Assembly (NCBI GenBank): GCA_964616245.1
Contig: CAZTRQ010000001.1
Coordinates: 1 to 54,015, forward strand
DNA from: an uncultured Spirochaetaceae bacterium
GTDB taxonomy: Bacteria > Spirochaetota > Spirochaetia > DSM-27196 > PWMO01
Reading direction: 5' to 3'
Length of the DNA stretch: 54,015 bases
Shown here: one piece after another, positions 1-8,933 of the stretch
Numbering within the stretch: the stretch's first letter is position 1
How the letters are laid out: the number at the start of each line of letters is the position of its first letter
Made by a program: the position numbers and the translations under genes
The notes under the pieces: generated by a model
Told to the model about the DNA's origin: nothing
What the model saw: only the letters and a program-made list of their open reading frames with translations
Databases searched by the model: none

Positions 1-946
1 GGGCGGCCGCCTCGGCGTACCCGAGGGCGGCGCTAGTCCCGGAGTCTGGAACCGGTACGACGATATCGCCGATTGGGCCGGAAGCGTCGGGGGATGAGGA
101 GCCCTCCAGGGCATCTTCGTCGGCCAAAGCGGCTCCCATGCGTTTCCGGTCGAGATGGACGTTGGCTCCGAAGACCGTGGAATCCGGTCGGGCGAAGTAG
201 ATCATCTCGAAAACGCACTGCCGCAACGGTCGCTTCGTCTTTAGTTTTTCGCTGTGGACGCCCTTCGGGCCGACAAAGATAATCTCGCCGGGCTCCACTT
301 CGCGGACGTTAGACATGCTTAGAATGTCGAGGGCGCAGGTCTCGGAGGCTACGACAGTTTTTCCGTCCGCTTCGCCGACGTAGAGCGGCCGAAAACCGCT
401 GGGATCCCGGACCGCCACCAAGCTGTCGTCGTGGATCATCACCAGGCTGAAAGCCCCTTCGATTCGTTCGAGGGTCTCTATCAAGGCATCGCGAAAGGTC
501 TTCCGCCGGGATCGGGATATCAGATGGAGAATCAGCTCGCTGTCGGAGCTCGTCTGGAATATCGACCCCTCTTCGAAGAGCTCCTGCTTGATGGCGTCGA
601 CGTTCGAGATGTTTCCGTTGTGGGCCAGGGCGATTTCGCCCTTGTTGCAGGTTACGTGAATGGGCTGAACGTTCTCCAGCCTATTGCCGCCCTTGGTCGA
701 GTAGCGCACGTGGCCGATTCCCACCCGAGAGCGTTTCGGTTGATCGAGGTAGCGTGAGAGGACCGTCGACACCATACCGAGATCCTTGTAGACGACGGTA
801 TGCCCCTCCTTACGGTAGGCTATGCCGGCCGACTCCTGGCCCCGGTGCTGCAGGGAAAAGAGGGGAAAGAAAAGGTCGTAGGGGACGTTCGTTTCCCGTT
901 TGGAGTAGATTCCGGCGATTCCGCAGAAGTGCCGCAGCTCGCTCAA
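1..946 (-). CDS. purF: amidophosphoribosyltransferase, N-terminal ~315 codons (gene continues beyond window start)
   Basis: This gene is not in the M-start track because it runs off the window edge. My reverse-strand translation gives (M)SELRHF-CGIAGIYSKRE..LQHRGQESAGIA..ALAHNGNISN..FEMIYFARPDS..VPVPDSGTSAALGYA. That is the class-II amidotransferase N-terminal Cys after a short propeptide, followed by the PRTase start. The TTG start at 946-944 overlaps the tatD stop (TTGA). Confidence 0.9.
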   Translation of the reverse strand, partial: MSELRHFCGIAGIYSKRETNVPYDLFFPLFSLQHRGQESAGIAYRKEGHTVVYKDLGMVSTVLSRYLDQPKRSRVGIGHVRYSTKGGNRLENVQPIHVTCNKGEIALAHNGNISNVDAIKQELFEEGSIFQTSSDSELILHLISRSRRKTFRDALIETLERIEGAFSLVMIHDDSLVAVRDPSGFRPLYVGEADGKTVVASETCALDILSMSNVREVEPGEIIFVGPKGVHSEKLKTKRPLRQCVFEMIYFARPDSTVFGANVHLDRKRMGAALADEDALEGSSSPDASGPIGDIVVPVPDSGTSAALGYAEAAA

Positions 947-1719
947 CGATCCTCTATCCCGAAGAACGTCAAGGTGTTCTGAAAGATGGTCTCGGTGACC
1001 TCTTCCAGGGGCTCCTCCCGGAGCTCGGCGATAAACCGAGCGGTCTCTTCGAGGTACGATGGCTTATTCCGTTTGCCCCGGTGGGCAGCGGGCACCATAA
1101 AGGGGCTCTCGGACTCGATGAGCATTCGCTCGAGGGGCATGTTCTTTGCGGTTTCGTGGAGGTTCCGAGCGTTTCGGTAGGTGACGTTTCCGGCGAAGGA
1201 GATGTAGATCGGCAATTCGAGAACCTCTTGAGCGTAGGTCCAGTCCTCCGAGTAGCAATGGAGCACTCCTCCCCGCTCGGGAACCCGCTCCCGGAGAATC
1301 TCGAGAACGTCCCGACCGGCGTCTCGGTTGTGGATAACGACCGGGAGATCGAGCTTGTCGGCGAGTTCGAGTTGGCGAATAAAGAGTTCGATCTGGGCGT
1401 CCTTGTTGCCGAATTTCCGGTAGTAGTCGAGCCCGATCTCCCCGACGGCGACGACTCGACTGCGTTTCGAGCCCTCCTCGATCGTCATCGCCCACTCCTT
1501 TCCCGGGTTAGTGACCTCCGAAGGTGACACACCGATGCAGTGGTGGACGTGGGCTGCGGTCTTGAGGTTTTCGTAAACCTGCTCGAAGTCCCGAAGATTA
1601 TTGCAAATGCTGATAATGCCTTCGACGTGGGCCTGCCGGGCTTCTTGAACTACTATGAGCTGCTCAATTGGGTCTTCGTGAATCAGCCCAATATGAGCGT
1701 GAGAATCGAACAATTTCAT
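943..1719 (-). CDS. tatD: TatD-family metal-dependent hydrolase/DNase
   Basis: 258 aa. MKLFDSHAHIG start, later HCYSED and ESESPFM motifs typical of TatD/YcfH amidohydrolase-fold proteins. Confidence 0.9.
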   Translation of the reverse strand: MKLFDSHAHIGLIHEDPIEQLIVVQEARQAHVEGIISICNNLRDFEQVYENLKTAAHVHHCIGVSPSEVTNPGKEWAMTIEEGSKRSRVVAVGEIGLDYYRKFGNKDAQIELFIRQLELADKLDLPVVIHNRDAGRDVLEILRERVPERGGVLHCYSEDWTYAQEVLELPIYISFAGNVTYRNARNLHETAKNMPLERMLIESESPFMVPAAHRGKRNKPSYLEETARFIAELREEPLEEVTETIFQNTLTFFGIEDR

Positions 1720-1770
1720 CTTTCTACCGCTTATATTGAAGAGTCCAGACTTGCTGGCGAACTAATCAAA

Positions 1771-1799
1771 ACAATAGCACACGGGATACCCAACGTCAA
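1771..1799 (-). promoter_or_regulatory. sigma70-like promoter for tatD-purF (TTGACG-N17-TATTGT on minus strand)
   Basis: Reverse complement of 1794-1799 is TTGACG and of 1771-1776 is TATTGT, with a 17 nt spacer. It lies ~50 nt upstream of the tatD ATG. Confidence 0.4.
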
Positions 1800-1830
1800 T
1801 CTGACGCATTTCCATGCAATTGTTATCCGT

Positions 1831-1859
1831 TTGACAAAGAATTTCGTAAGTGTTAATCT
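1831..1859 (+). promoter_or_regulatory. sigma70-like promoter for the M23-bactofilin-yaaR-ricT operon (TTGACA-N17-TAATCT with TGT extended -10)
   Basis: TTGACA at 1831-1836, 17 nt spacer ending in TGT, TAATCT at 1854-1859. It lies inside the 5' end of the longest ORF (GTG 1850), which argues for a downstream start codon. Confidence 0.45.
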
Positions 1860-1918
1860 TCTCACTGCATACGGTTACTGGTTCGCCTGCCGATAGTATT
1901 GGAGAGGAGTCTGTCGTA

Positions 1919-2956
1919 GTGGCATCAGTTCGGAAAGCCTCCGAAGACGGGGGTGCAGGCCGCTCAAGGTCAATTCCGCGCAAAATACTGTCTCATTTTA
2001 AGCGTCTCGCTGGTGGAATAGTCTCGGCGGGAAGGCAACGTTTCACGGTGATGTTCATACCACATACCGAGAAGCGCGTCGTCAATTTTCAGATTAACAC
2101 CGTCACGATCGCCGCCTTCGGAGTTCTCCTCGTTCTCTTAGTTTCTGGGTTCTTCTATCTCTCCACCGTCTTTACCGGATCCTCTCGTCTCCTCTCGGAT
2201 CAGGCGGAGAGCCTGGAGCAGACCGAAGCGAGTCTCGAGGCCGTGCTAAACGAGCTCCAGAACGTCGTCCAGGTGGCCGACCTCTTCGACGAGACGCTCA
2301 CGGGGACGATCCAGGGGCTTGGCCTCGGGAACAGCGCCTCGGTTACCGAGGATGCCACCGGTGGAGACCTGTCGGCCTTTCTCGACGTCCAGGAAATTTC
2401 CCCCGGGGAGCTCCGGGAGATCCAAGAGCTTCGGAGTCTCACACAAACCCTCCGGACATCGATCGAACCCCTCAACCAGATCCGTGAGGTCCTCCAATCG
2501 CAAGAGGACCTTCTTAGAGACATTCCGAACTTTTGGCCTCTCGCCGGAGGGCGGGGGCGTGTAACTATGGAGTTCGGTCCAAACATCCATCCGGTAACCG
2601 GCCAGTGGTACCTCCACAAGGGAATCGATATCGCCGACTCAATCGGTGTCCCCGTCCTAGCGAGCGCCAACGGAAAGGTTGTCGAGCTTGGTGTAGATCC
2701 GGGCTACGGTCTCCACGTGTGGATTCGCCACAAGTACGGGTTCCGAACCCATTACTCCCACCTCCAGAGCATAACCGTTTCCGAGGGCGAGGAAGTCGTC
2801 CAGGGACAGCGTATAGGCACCCTGGGAAATAGCGGAATTTCGACCGGACCCCATGTCGATTTTCAGGTCGTTCTTGGTACGGACGTCGTGGATCCTTCGG
2901 CTTTCCTGAAAATTTCCAACGACTTCCGTCGCTGGTCGCGGCTGACGCGGTATTAG
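1919..2956 (+). CDS. M23/LytM-family peptidase, membrane-anchored, with coiled-coil linker and variant HxD zinc motif
   Basis: One N-terminal TM segment (TIAAFGVLLVLLVSGFFYL). LytM domain with HKGIDI (HxxxD). The usual PHLHF is PHVDF here. The start is uncertain: GTG 1919 has a GGAGAGGAG Shine-Dalgarno 9 nt upstream. Alternatives are ATG 2051 and the track start 1850, which sits inside the promoter. Confidence 0.85.
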   Translation: MASVRKASEDGGAGRSRSIPRKILSHFKRLAGGIVSAGRQRFTVMFIPHTEKRVVNFQINTVTIAAFGVLLVLLVSGFFYLSTVFTGSSRLLSDQAESLEQTEASLEAVLNELQNVVQVADLFDETLTGTIQGLGLGNSASVTEDATGGDLSAFLDVQEISPGELREIQELRSLTQTLRTSIEPLNQIREVLQSQEDLLRDIPNFWPLAGGRGRVTMEFGPNIHPVTGQWYLHKGIDIADSIGVPVLASANGKVVELGVDPGYGLHVWIRHKYGFRTHYSHLQSITVSEGEEVVQGQRIGTLGNSGISTGPHVDFQVVLGTDVVDPSAFLKISNDFRRWSRLTRY

Positions 2957-2971
2957 GTAAAATGAACATTT

Positions 2972-3412
2972 ATGTCAGAAACAACCGATGACGCTTTCGT
3001 AAACTCCATCGTCGGAGAAGGCACACACTTTCGCGGACACCTCGAGTTAGCCGGCCTTCTTCGAATAGACGGTGATTTTTCCGGCTCCATCCGGACGGCC
3101 GGCCGAGTTCTTATCGGGCGGAACGGTCGTGCCGACTGCACCATACAGGCGGGTACTGTGGTCGTCGGCGGAGTCTTGCGGGGCACCATACACTCGACGG
3201 AAAAGGTAATCGTGCTTTCCTCTGCACTGATAATCGGGGATATTTATTCACCCCGACTCATCGTCGAGGACGGTGTTATCCTCGACGGGACCTTCGTCAT
3301 TCGTGGTGTGGAAGCTACTCCGAGAGCGTCGGAGCTCGACGACGTGCAGACCCCGGAATGGCTCGACACCGCAAAAGAGCTCAAAGAGGTCAGCGGAACG
3401 GCAACCCGGTAG
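2972..3412 (+). CDS. bactofilin (polymer-forming cytoskeletal protein, DUF583/CcmA family), copy 1
   Basis: 146 aa. Repetitive beta-helix pattern: IVGEGTHFRGHLELAGLLRIDGDFSGSI..GRVLIGRNGRADCTIQAGTVVVGGVLRGTI..VIVLSSALIIGDI..RLIVEDGVILDG. Confidence 0.9.
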   Translation: MSETTDDAFVNSIVGEGTHFRGHLELAGLLRIDGDFSGSIRTAGRVLIGRNGRADCTIQAGTVVVGGVLRGTIHSTEKVIVLSSALIIGDIYSPRLIVEDGVILDGTFVIRGVEATPRASELDDVQTPEWLDTAKELKEVSGTATR

Positions 3413-3425
3413 GAGAGGCGTTACA

Positions 3426-3908
3426 ATGGCGCGGATCGAACGCGATCGAAACGCACCTCTTTACGGAGACCGAAGCCGCGGCAAGGCTGCTCGTTCGGGT
3501 GCCTCCGTTCCAACGACATCCTTTCATCGTCTCATCGAGTCCGGACCCGAGGTAGTCTCGGCCGGGGCCGGGGTTTCCGACCTTGACACGTCGAGTATCG
3601 AGAGTATGCTGGACGGAATCCATCAGCTCGGCGAAGAGCTTCTAAAGCGACGTACCATGCACGCCCTCCGGGCGTACCGAGAGGCCGTAAAACGGTTTCT
3701 GCGACAGGTCGTCGGCGATGGCCTCGGGATTAAAGAGCAGGAATCCGGCAGCTCCATCGCGACACGGAAACGGTATACCATAATTACAGTGGTCAACGAT
3801 CGTCTTGAACGATTGGTTCACGGTTTGATGCAGAGTCAAGAGGCGCAATTCTCGCTTCTCGACCGCGTCGAAGAAATCCAGGGACTGTTGGTTGACCTTA
3901 CGCATTGA
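3426..3908 (+). CDS. YaaR/DUF327-family protein
   Basis: Internal ATG 3426 preceded by AGGAGAG. The C-terminus LLDRVEEIQGLLVDLTH and the LRAYREAVKRFLRQVVGDGLGIKEQ block match my memory of B. subtilis YaaR (..ILGRIGEIKGLLINLYT). The longer track ORF from 3273 overlaps the bactofilin gene. Confidence 0.85.
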   Translation: MARIERDRNAPLYGDRSRGKAARSGASVPTTSFHRLIESGPEVVSAGAGVSDLDTSSIESMLDGIHQLGEELLKRRTMHALRAYREAVKRFLRQVVGDGLGIKEQESGSSIATRKRYTIITVVNDRLERLVHGLMQSQEAQFSLLDRVEEIQGLLVDLTH

Positions 3909-3917
3909 GGAATCTGT

Positions 3918-4811
3918 ATGTCGAATATGCAAGCAGGATGCTGCAACCGCCCCTTCGCGCTGAAGCCCGAGGTCGTACCGACGGATTCCAGCGTCCTCGT
4001 AAAGGTTATTCATTCGAGCGAATCGCAGCTCTGCCCCTTTCCCGAGTCGGTGGACGAGCTGCAAATCGGGGACGCTGTGGTTACCTCGACCCGGTACGGA
4101 AACGATCTCGGCCGGGTGCTCGGTCCTGTTTTTCCCGATAACGCCGATCTGTGGAAAGAGCGGGGGGTCATTTTTCGTGTCGCGGACGAGAGCGACGTAA
4201 AGCGATACACCGACAACGAAGCCGCCGAGCCCGCTGCCTTTGCGGCCTGCCAGGAGCGGATCCGGAGCCACGGTCTCCCGATGAAGCTCGTCTCCGCCCA
4301 CTACGTCCTCGAGGAGCCAAAGCTCCTCTTCTTTTTTACCGCGGACTCCCGGGTCGACTTTCGAGACTTGGTTCGGGATCTCGTCGGCCACTTCAAGATG
4401 CGGATAGAGCTTCGGCAGATTGGCGTTCGGGACGACGCCCGGGTGCTCGGTGGTCTCGGCGTCTGCGGCCGCGTGCTCTGCTGCAACGGTATGACCGATA
4501 AGCTCAAGCCCGTTTCGATAAAGATGGCAAAGGTTCAGAGCCTGTCGCTCAATTCGACAAAAATCTCCGGCCCCTGTGGCAGGCTTCTCTGCTGCCTCGC
4601 CTACGAGTACGACTACTACGCCGATGAGAAGGGGAAAGTCCCCGGGGAAGGTGCTCGCCTCGAATACGACGGCTCGGGCTGCCGGGTCTGCGAGGTCAAC
4701 CTAATCTCCCATAAGGTCCGGATGGTAGCCGAAGACGGAAGGACCATTACGATTCCGGCAAATCGCTTCGTCTACGACAGTGGGTCGTCGCGGTGGAAGG
4801 TCTCCGAATAG
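3918..4811 (+). CDS. PSP1-domain protein (YaaT/RicT-like)
   Basis: 297 aa. LLFFFTADSRVDFRDLVRDLVGHFKMRIELRQIGVRD..GVCGRVLCC..GPCGRLLCCLAYEY is the PSP1 C-terminal domain with its paired Cys motifs. Confidence 0.85.
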   Translation: MSNMQAGCCNRPFALKPEVVPTDSSVLVKVIHSSESQLCPFPESVDELQIGDAVVTSTRYGNDLGRVLGPVFPDNADLWKERGVIFRVADESDVKRYTDNEAAEPAAFAACQERIRSHGLPMKLVSAHYVLEEPKLLFFFTADSRVDFRDLVRDLVGHFKMRIELRQIGVRDDARVLGGLGVCGRVLCCNGMTDKLKPVSIKMAKVQSLSLNSTKISGPCGRLLCCLAYEYDYYADEKGKVPGEGARLEYDGSGCRVCEVNLISHKVRMVAEDGRTITIPANRFVYDSGSSRWKVSE

Positions 4812-6790
4812 GGTCCCACATACTGCAGCCGGTAAAGCTGAGCGTAGAGCCCCTCGTTTTTTAGAAGCTCCTGATGATTTCCTTCCTCGACGATCTGCCC
4901 CTGGGAGAGGACCACGATTCGGTCGGCGTGCTGGATAGTCGAGAGCCGGTGCGCGATTACGAGGGATGTCCTGTTCTCGAGAACCGCCTCCAGGGCCTCC
5001 TGGATTCGTTGCTCGGTTTCGGTGTCGACGCTCGACGTCGCCTCGTCGAGGATGATTATCGGTGGGTCGTGGGCGACGGCTCGGGCAAAGGAGAGGAGTT
5101 GTCGTTGTCCGACGGAGATGTTCTGGGCGCCCTCGGCTAGATGCGTCTCTAGACCCTCCGGGAGCTCTCGGACGAATCCATCGGCGTGGACGACCCGGAG
5201 TGCCCGCCAAATTTCCTCGTCTGAAAGCTCTTCTCCGAGGCGGATGTTCTCGCCGACGGTGCCCCGGAAGAGAAAAACATCCTGTTGGATCGGTTGAACG
5301 GCCCTCCGGAGATCCCCCAAGGGGAGAGTACGAATATCTTTGCCGTCGAGAAGAATGCGTCCCTCCTGAATGTCCCAGAATCGAGTCAGCAGGTTGGCAA
5401 TAGTGGTTTTTCCCGCCCCGGTGTAGCCGACGAGAGCGACCCTCTGTCCCGGTTGCACCGTTAAGCTCAGGTTGGTCAGAACCGGGTCGTCCTCCCGGTA
5501 CGAGAACGTTACCCCTTCGAAACGAACTTCCCCCCGGATCGGTTCCGTGAGCCTCTCGCCACCCGCATCCGGAATGCGATCCACCTCGTCGAGAAGGGCG
5601 AAGACCCGTTCGCTGCCGACCATAGCGCTCTGAAGAACGACAAAACGCTCCGAGATATCGAGCAACTGCCGGTAGAACTGGCGTATCAGGTTGAGGAAGG
5701 CGATCAGCACCCCGAGGGAAACGACCCCCCGGAGGACGAAGGCGCCTCCGTAGTAGATAACAAAAGCGATAGAGACGCTGCTCAAGAGGTCGATGAGGGG
5801 CCGAAAGGTGGCGAAGACGTACATTTCTCCGAGGTTCGCCTTCATCAACTCGTCGTTCTGCTCCTCGAACTCCCGGTTCGTCCGCTTCTCTTGAACGAAC
5901 ATCTGTACCACCGCTACCCCGGCGAGGTGTTCCGCCAGGAACGCGTTCAGACGGGAGACCCGGTGTCGGACGGCTCGGAAGGCGTCCCGGGCCCGCCGGC
6001 GGAAGACGATCGTTACCAAGAGAACCGGCGGAAGCGTAGCTGTCGCGAGGATACCGAGGCGGGGATTCATCAAGAAAAAAGTGATGATGACCCCGACCAT
6101 TATCGCGAAGTTCTTGAGGAGGTTTCCGATTACGTTGGTAAAGAGCTCGTTGATTGTCTCCACATCGTTCGTAGACCGGGTAACCAGCTTGCCCACGGGA
6201 TTCTGATTCAGGTAGGCCATCGACTGGTTAATCGTATGGGTAAACAGCTGCGTCCGGAGGTCCCGCATCAAGCGTTGTCCTAGATACGCCAAGAGATAGA
6301 CCTGGACGAAGGTAAAGACGAGAATTCCGAAGAGAAGCCCCAAGAAGCCGAGAGCGTTCCTGTTGATGCCTGCGATATCCTCTCGTCGGAGATCGCCCCT
6401 CTCCTCGGGCGAAAGCTCTTCGAATGCACTCTTTGATATCGCAAGGGTTTCGCTGCCCTGAGTAACGACGTAGTACCGGGTCTGATCTTCCGTCGGCCGG
6501 AATACGTTGCCTGCGGTCACCGTCGAGACGGCGCTCTCGAGGACGTAGATGCTCTCGTCCAGGCGCCGGGTAGCTATCTCCCGATTTTCGAGCTCTGCGG
6601 CCGTCTCCTCGTCGACCTCGACATACTCGGCAACGATGTGAAGGTCTACGGTCTGTTGAATAATGACCGGCAAGAGCAACTCGCAGACGGTGGCGCCGAT
6701 CAATCCGAGGATGGCGGCGAGAGTGGTAAGCTTGTACGGCGACAGGTAGCCGAGAAGGCGCCGCATAACCCGGGGGTTGTAGTACTTCAC
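4772..6790 (-). CDS. ABC exporter, fused permease/ATPase (type I exporter half-transporter, MdlB-like) with a ~90 aa insertion in the first external loop
   Basis: 672 aa. Walker A GYTGAGKTT, signature NISVGQRQLLSFAR, Walker B IIILDEATSSVD. GTG start overlaps the upstream stop (GTGA at 6787-6790). Confidence 0.9.
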   Translation of the reverse strand: MKYYNPRVMRRLLGYLSPYKLTTLAAILGLIGATVCELLLPVIIQQTVDLHIVAEYVEVDEETAAELENREIATRRLDESIYVLESAVSTVTAGNVFRPTEDQTRYYVVTQGSETLAISKSAFEELSPEERGDLRREDIAGINRNALGFLGLLFGILVFTFVQVYLLAYLGQRLMRDLRTQLFTHTINQSMAYLNQNPVGKLVTRSTNDVETINELFTNVIGNLLKNFAIMVGVIITFFLMNPRLGILATATLPPVLLVTIVFRRRARDAFRAVRHRVSRLNAFLAEHLAGVAVVQMFVQEKRTNREFEEQNDELMKANLGEMYVFATFRPLIDLLSSVSIAFVIYYGGAFVLRGVVSLGVLIAFLNLIRQFYRQLLDISERFVVLQSAMVGSERVFALLDEVDRIPDAGGERLTEPIRGEVRFEGVTFSYREDDPVLTNLSLTVQPGQRVALVGYTGAGKTTIANLLTRFWDIQEGRILLDGKDIRTLPLGDLRRAVQPIQQDVFLFRGTVGENIRLGEELSDEEIWRALRVVHADGFVRELPEGLETHLAEGAQNISVGQRQLLSFARAVAHDPPIIILDEATSSVDTETEQRIQEALEAVLENRTSLVIAHRLSTIQHADRIVVLSQGQIVEEGNHQELLKNEGLYAQLYRLQYVGPYSETFHRDDPLS

Positions 6791-8535
6791 GAGACCCGCC
6801 GTTCCATCGATTGGAGCGCCGCGATGCGTCGGTAGAGCCCCTCCGCCTTGGCGAGGGACTCGGGGGTCCCCTGTTGAATAACGTGGCCCTGATCGAAGAC
6901 GAGAATCTCGTCGGCGAATTGGAGGGTGGAGACCCGGTGGCTGACGACGATGTTCGTTTTGTCCTTCCGCTGTTCTTCAAGACGCCGGAGAATAATCTCT
7001 TCCGACTCGGTGTCCACCGCCGAAAGGGCGTCGTCGAAGAGGAGTATCTCCGGATCCGTCGCCAAGACCCGGGAGATATCGATGCGCTGCTTCTGCCCCC
7101 CCGAGAGGCTCACTCCCCGTTCCCCAACTTGCGTGTCGATGCCGTCGGGAAAGAGGTCCAAGTCCCGGGAGATCGTCGATATTTCCGCCATCTCCCGAAT
7201 ACGCTCCTCCGTCGCGTTCGGGGCGGCGTAGGCGATGTTATCGCTAATCGTCGCCGAGAAGAGAAAGGTCTCCTGTGCCACGATGCCGAAGACCGACCGG
7301 AGCTCCGCCAAGTCCAGCGTTCGGATATCCTTTCCGTTGAGAAACAGCGTTCCTTCCGGAGGGTCCAAGAGGCGCGGGAGGAGCCACATGAGGGTCGACT
7401 TACCGGATCCGGTGGTTCCGAGAATGCCCAGGCTGCTCCCGGGCTCCAGACGGAAGGAGACGTCGGCGAGGGCGTCTACCTCCATGCCGGGGTAGCGGTA
7501 GCTCAAGCTTCGGGCCTCGAGGGTGTGCGAGTGGGCCCGGCCGACGGCTACCGGCGGGTCGACTACCGGGGTAATCTCCGGCTCGACGTCGAGTATCTCG
7601 TTTATCCGCTTTAGGCTCGCGGCGCCCCGGGCGATCATGTTGACCGTAAACCCGACGCCGAGCATGGGCCAAATGAGCATCTCGAGGTAGCTCATCGTAG
7701 CGACGAACTCGCCGGGTGTAAGGGTGCCACGAATGACGGCCGCGCCACCGAAACGAAGCAGAAGCAGGGTTGTCAGTCCCGAAAGGAAGATAACCAGCGG
7801 GAAAAAGAGGCCCCAGAGGCGGACGTAGGCGAGGTTCCGGCGCTGGTACTCCCGGTTCGTCTCTCCGAATTTTTTAAGAAAGTACTGCTCTTTTACAAAG
7901 GCCTTTATGACCCGAACACCGGCGATCGCCTCCCTTGCTTCCTCGCTCAAATCGCTAAAACCCTCCTGCACCTGCTTGAAGAGCCGGGAGACGATGCGGC
8001 CTGCCGAAAGGATTAGCACCGTCACCAGAGGCAGGGGAAGAATGGTCAGGGCCGCGATCCGGGGGTTCTGCTGAAAGAGTATCCAGAGGATGGCGAGGGT
8101 CATAAAGACGCCGTCGATCGCCGCTACGAGGGCCATGCCCGAGGCCATTCGAATGGCCTGCATGTCGTTCGTGGCCCGGGCCATCAAATCGCCGGACTGC
8201 CGTTCCCGGTAAAAACTGCCCGACAGGGTCAAGAGATGGGAGAAGAGGCGCCGGCGAAGCTTGGCCTCTATTCGCCGGGAGGCGCCGTGGATAAAGTAGC
8301 GCCAGCCGAACCGGGCGATCGAAATGACAACTGCAACGCCGATCATCATGAGGAGCGGGGGAACCAGCTGTGAGAGGGTGAATCCCCTTTGGGTTACGAT
8401 GTCGATGCCCTGGCGGACAAACTGAGGGATAAGTATCTGCCCACCGCTGGTGACGACGAGACAGAGAACTCCGGCGAAATAATGTCCGCGGTACTGCTTG
8501 ACCAGGGGTAGAAGAGTCCGGTATTCCTTTAGCAT
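6787..8535 (-). CDS. ABC exporter, fused permease/ATPase (MdlA-like partner of a heterodimeric exporter)
   Basis: 582 aa. Walker A GTTGSGKST, signature LSGGQKQRIDISR, Walker B ILLFDDALSAVD. Six predicted TM helices at the N-terminus. Confidence 0.9.
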   Translation of the reverse strand: MLKEYRTLLPLVKQYRGHYFAGVLCLVVTSGGQILIPQFVRQGIDIVTQRGFTLSQLVPPLLMMIGVAVVISIARFGWRYFIHGASRRIEAKLRRRLFSHLLTLSGSFYRERQSGDLMARATNDMQAIRMASGMALVAAIDGVFMTLAILWILFQQNPRIAALTILPLPLVTVLILSAGRIVSRLFKQVQEGFSDLSEEAREAIAGVRVIKAFVKEQYFLKKFGETNREYQRRNLAYVRLWGLFFPLVIFLSGLTTLLLLRFGGAAVIRGTLTPGEFVATMSYLEMLIWPMLGVGFTVNMIARGAASLKRINEILDVEPEITPVVDPPVAVGRAHSHTLEARSLSYRYPGMEVDALADVSFRLEPGSSLGILGTTGSGKSTLMWLLPRLLDPPEGTLFLNGKDIRTLDLAELRSVFGIVAQETFLFSATISDNIAYAAPNATEERIREMAEISTISRDLDLFPDGIDTQVGERGVSLSGGQKQRIDISRVLATDPEILLFDDALSAVDTESEEIILRRLEEQRKDKTNIVVSHRVSTLQFADEILVFDQGHVIQQGTPESLAKAEGLYRRIAALQSMERRVS

Positions 8536-8584
8536 AGTAACAGGCTGGCCAGTGTAGCGGTTATCCCCGCCTTTGGAGAAGAGG

Positions 8585-8614
8585 TTGACGTACTCGGCGG
8601 GGATTTGGTAGCTT
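8585..8614 (+). promoter_or_regulatory. possible promoter for rpsT (TTGACG-N18-TAGCTT)
   Basis: Motif match only. It sits in the divergent intergenic region between the ABC exporter and rpsT, and GGAGGA follows at 8627-8632. Confidence 0.3.
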
Positions 8615-8640
8615 GTGCATTCATTTTGGAGGACTAAGCA

Positions 8641-8910
8641 TTGATATCAAAAGGATCTGCGGCTAAGCGCCATCGACAGAGTGAGAAGCGAAGAATTCGC
8701 AACCGGGCGGTCCGGAGCCGCGTCCGAACGACAACCAAAAAGTTCCTCGATGCAGTAGATGCCGGCGACGAAGCAGAAGCCACCAACCAGTTCACCCTGG
8801 TTATCAAGCTTCTCGATTCCGCTGCGGGAAAGGGTGTATTCCACAAGAATACCGCGTCTCGCTCCAAGTCGCGTCTCCACAAGCGGCTCAGTTCTCTCCA
8901 GGCGAAGTAG
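8641..8910 (+). CDS. rpsT: 30S ribosomal protein S20
   Basis: 89 aa. SAAKRHRQSEKRRIRNRAVRSRVRTTTKKF is the typical S20 N-terminus. TTG start with GGAGGA 8 nt upstream. Confidence 0.9.
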   Translation: MISKGSAAKRHRQSEKRRIRNRAVRSRVRTTTKKFLDAVDAGDEAEATNQFTLVIKLLDSAAGKGVFHKNTASRSKSRLHKRLSSLQAK

Positions 8911-8933
8911 CTTCTGCCCGCCGAGGATAGAGT

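Noticed and set aside
431-1527. Plus-strand ORFs 431-757 and 754-1527 at the window start.
   Set aside because: They are antisense to purF and tatD, whose reverse-strand translations carry diagnostic motifs.
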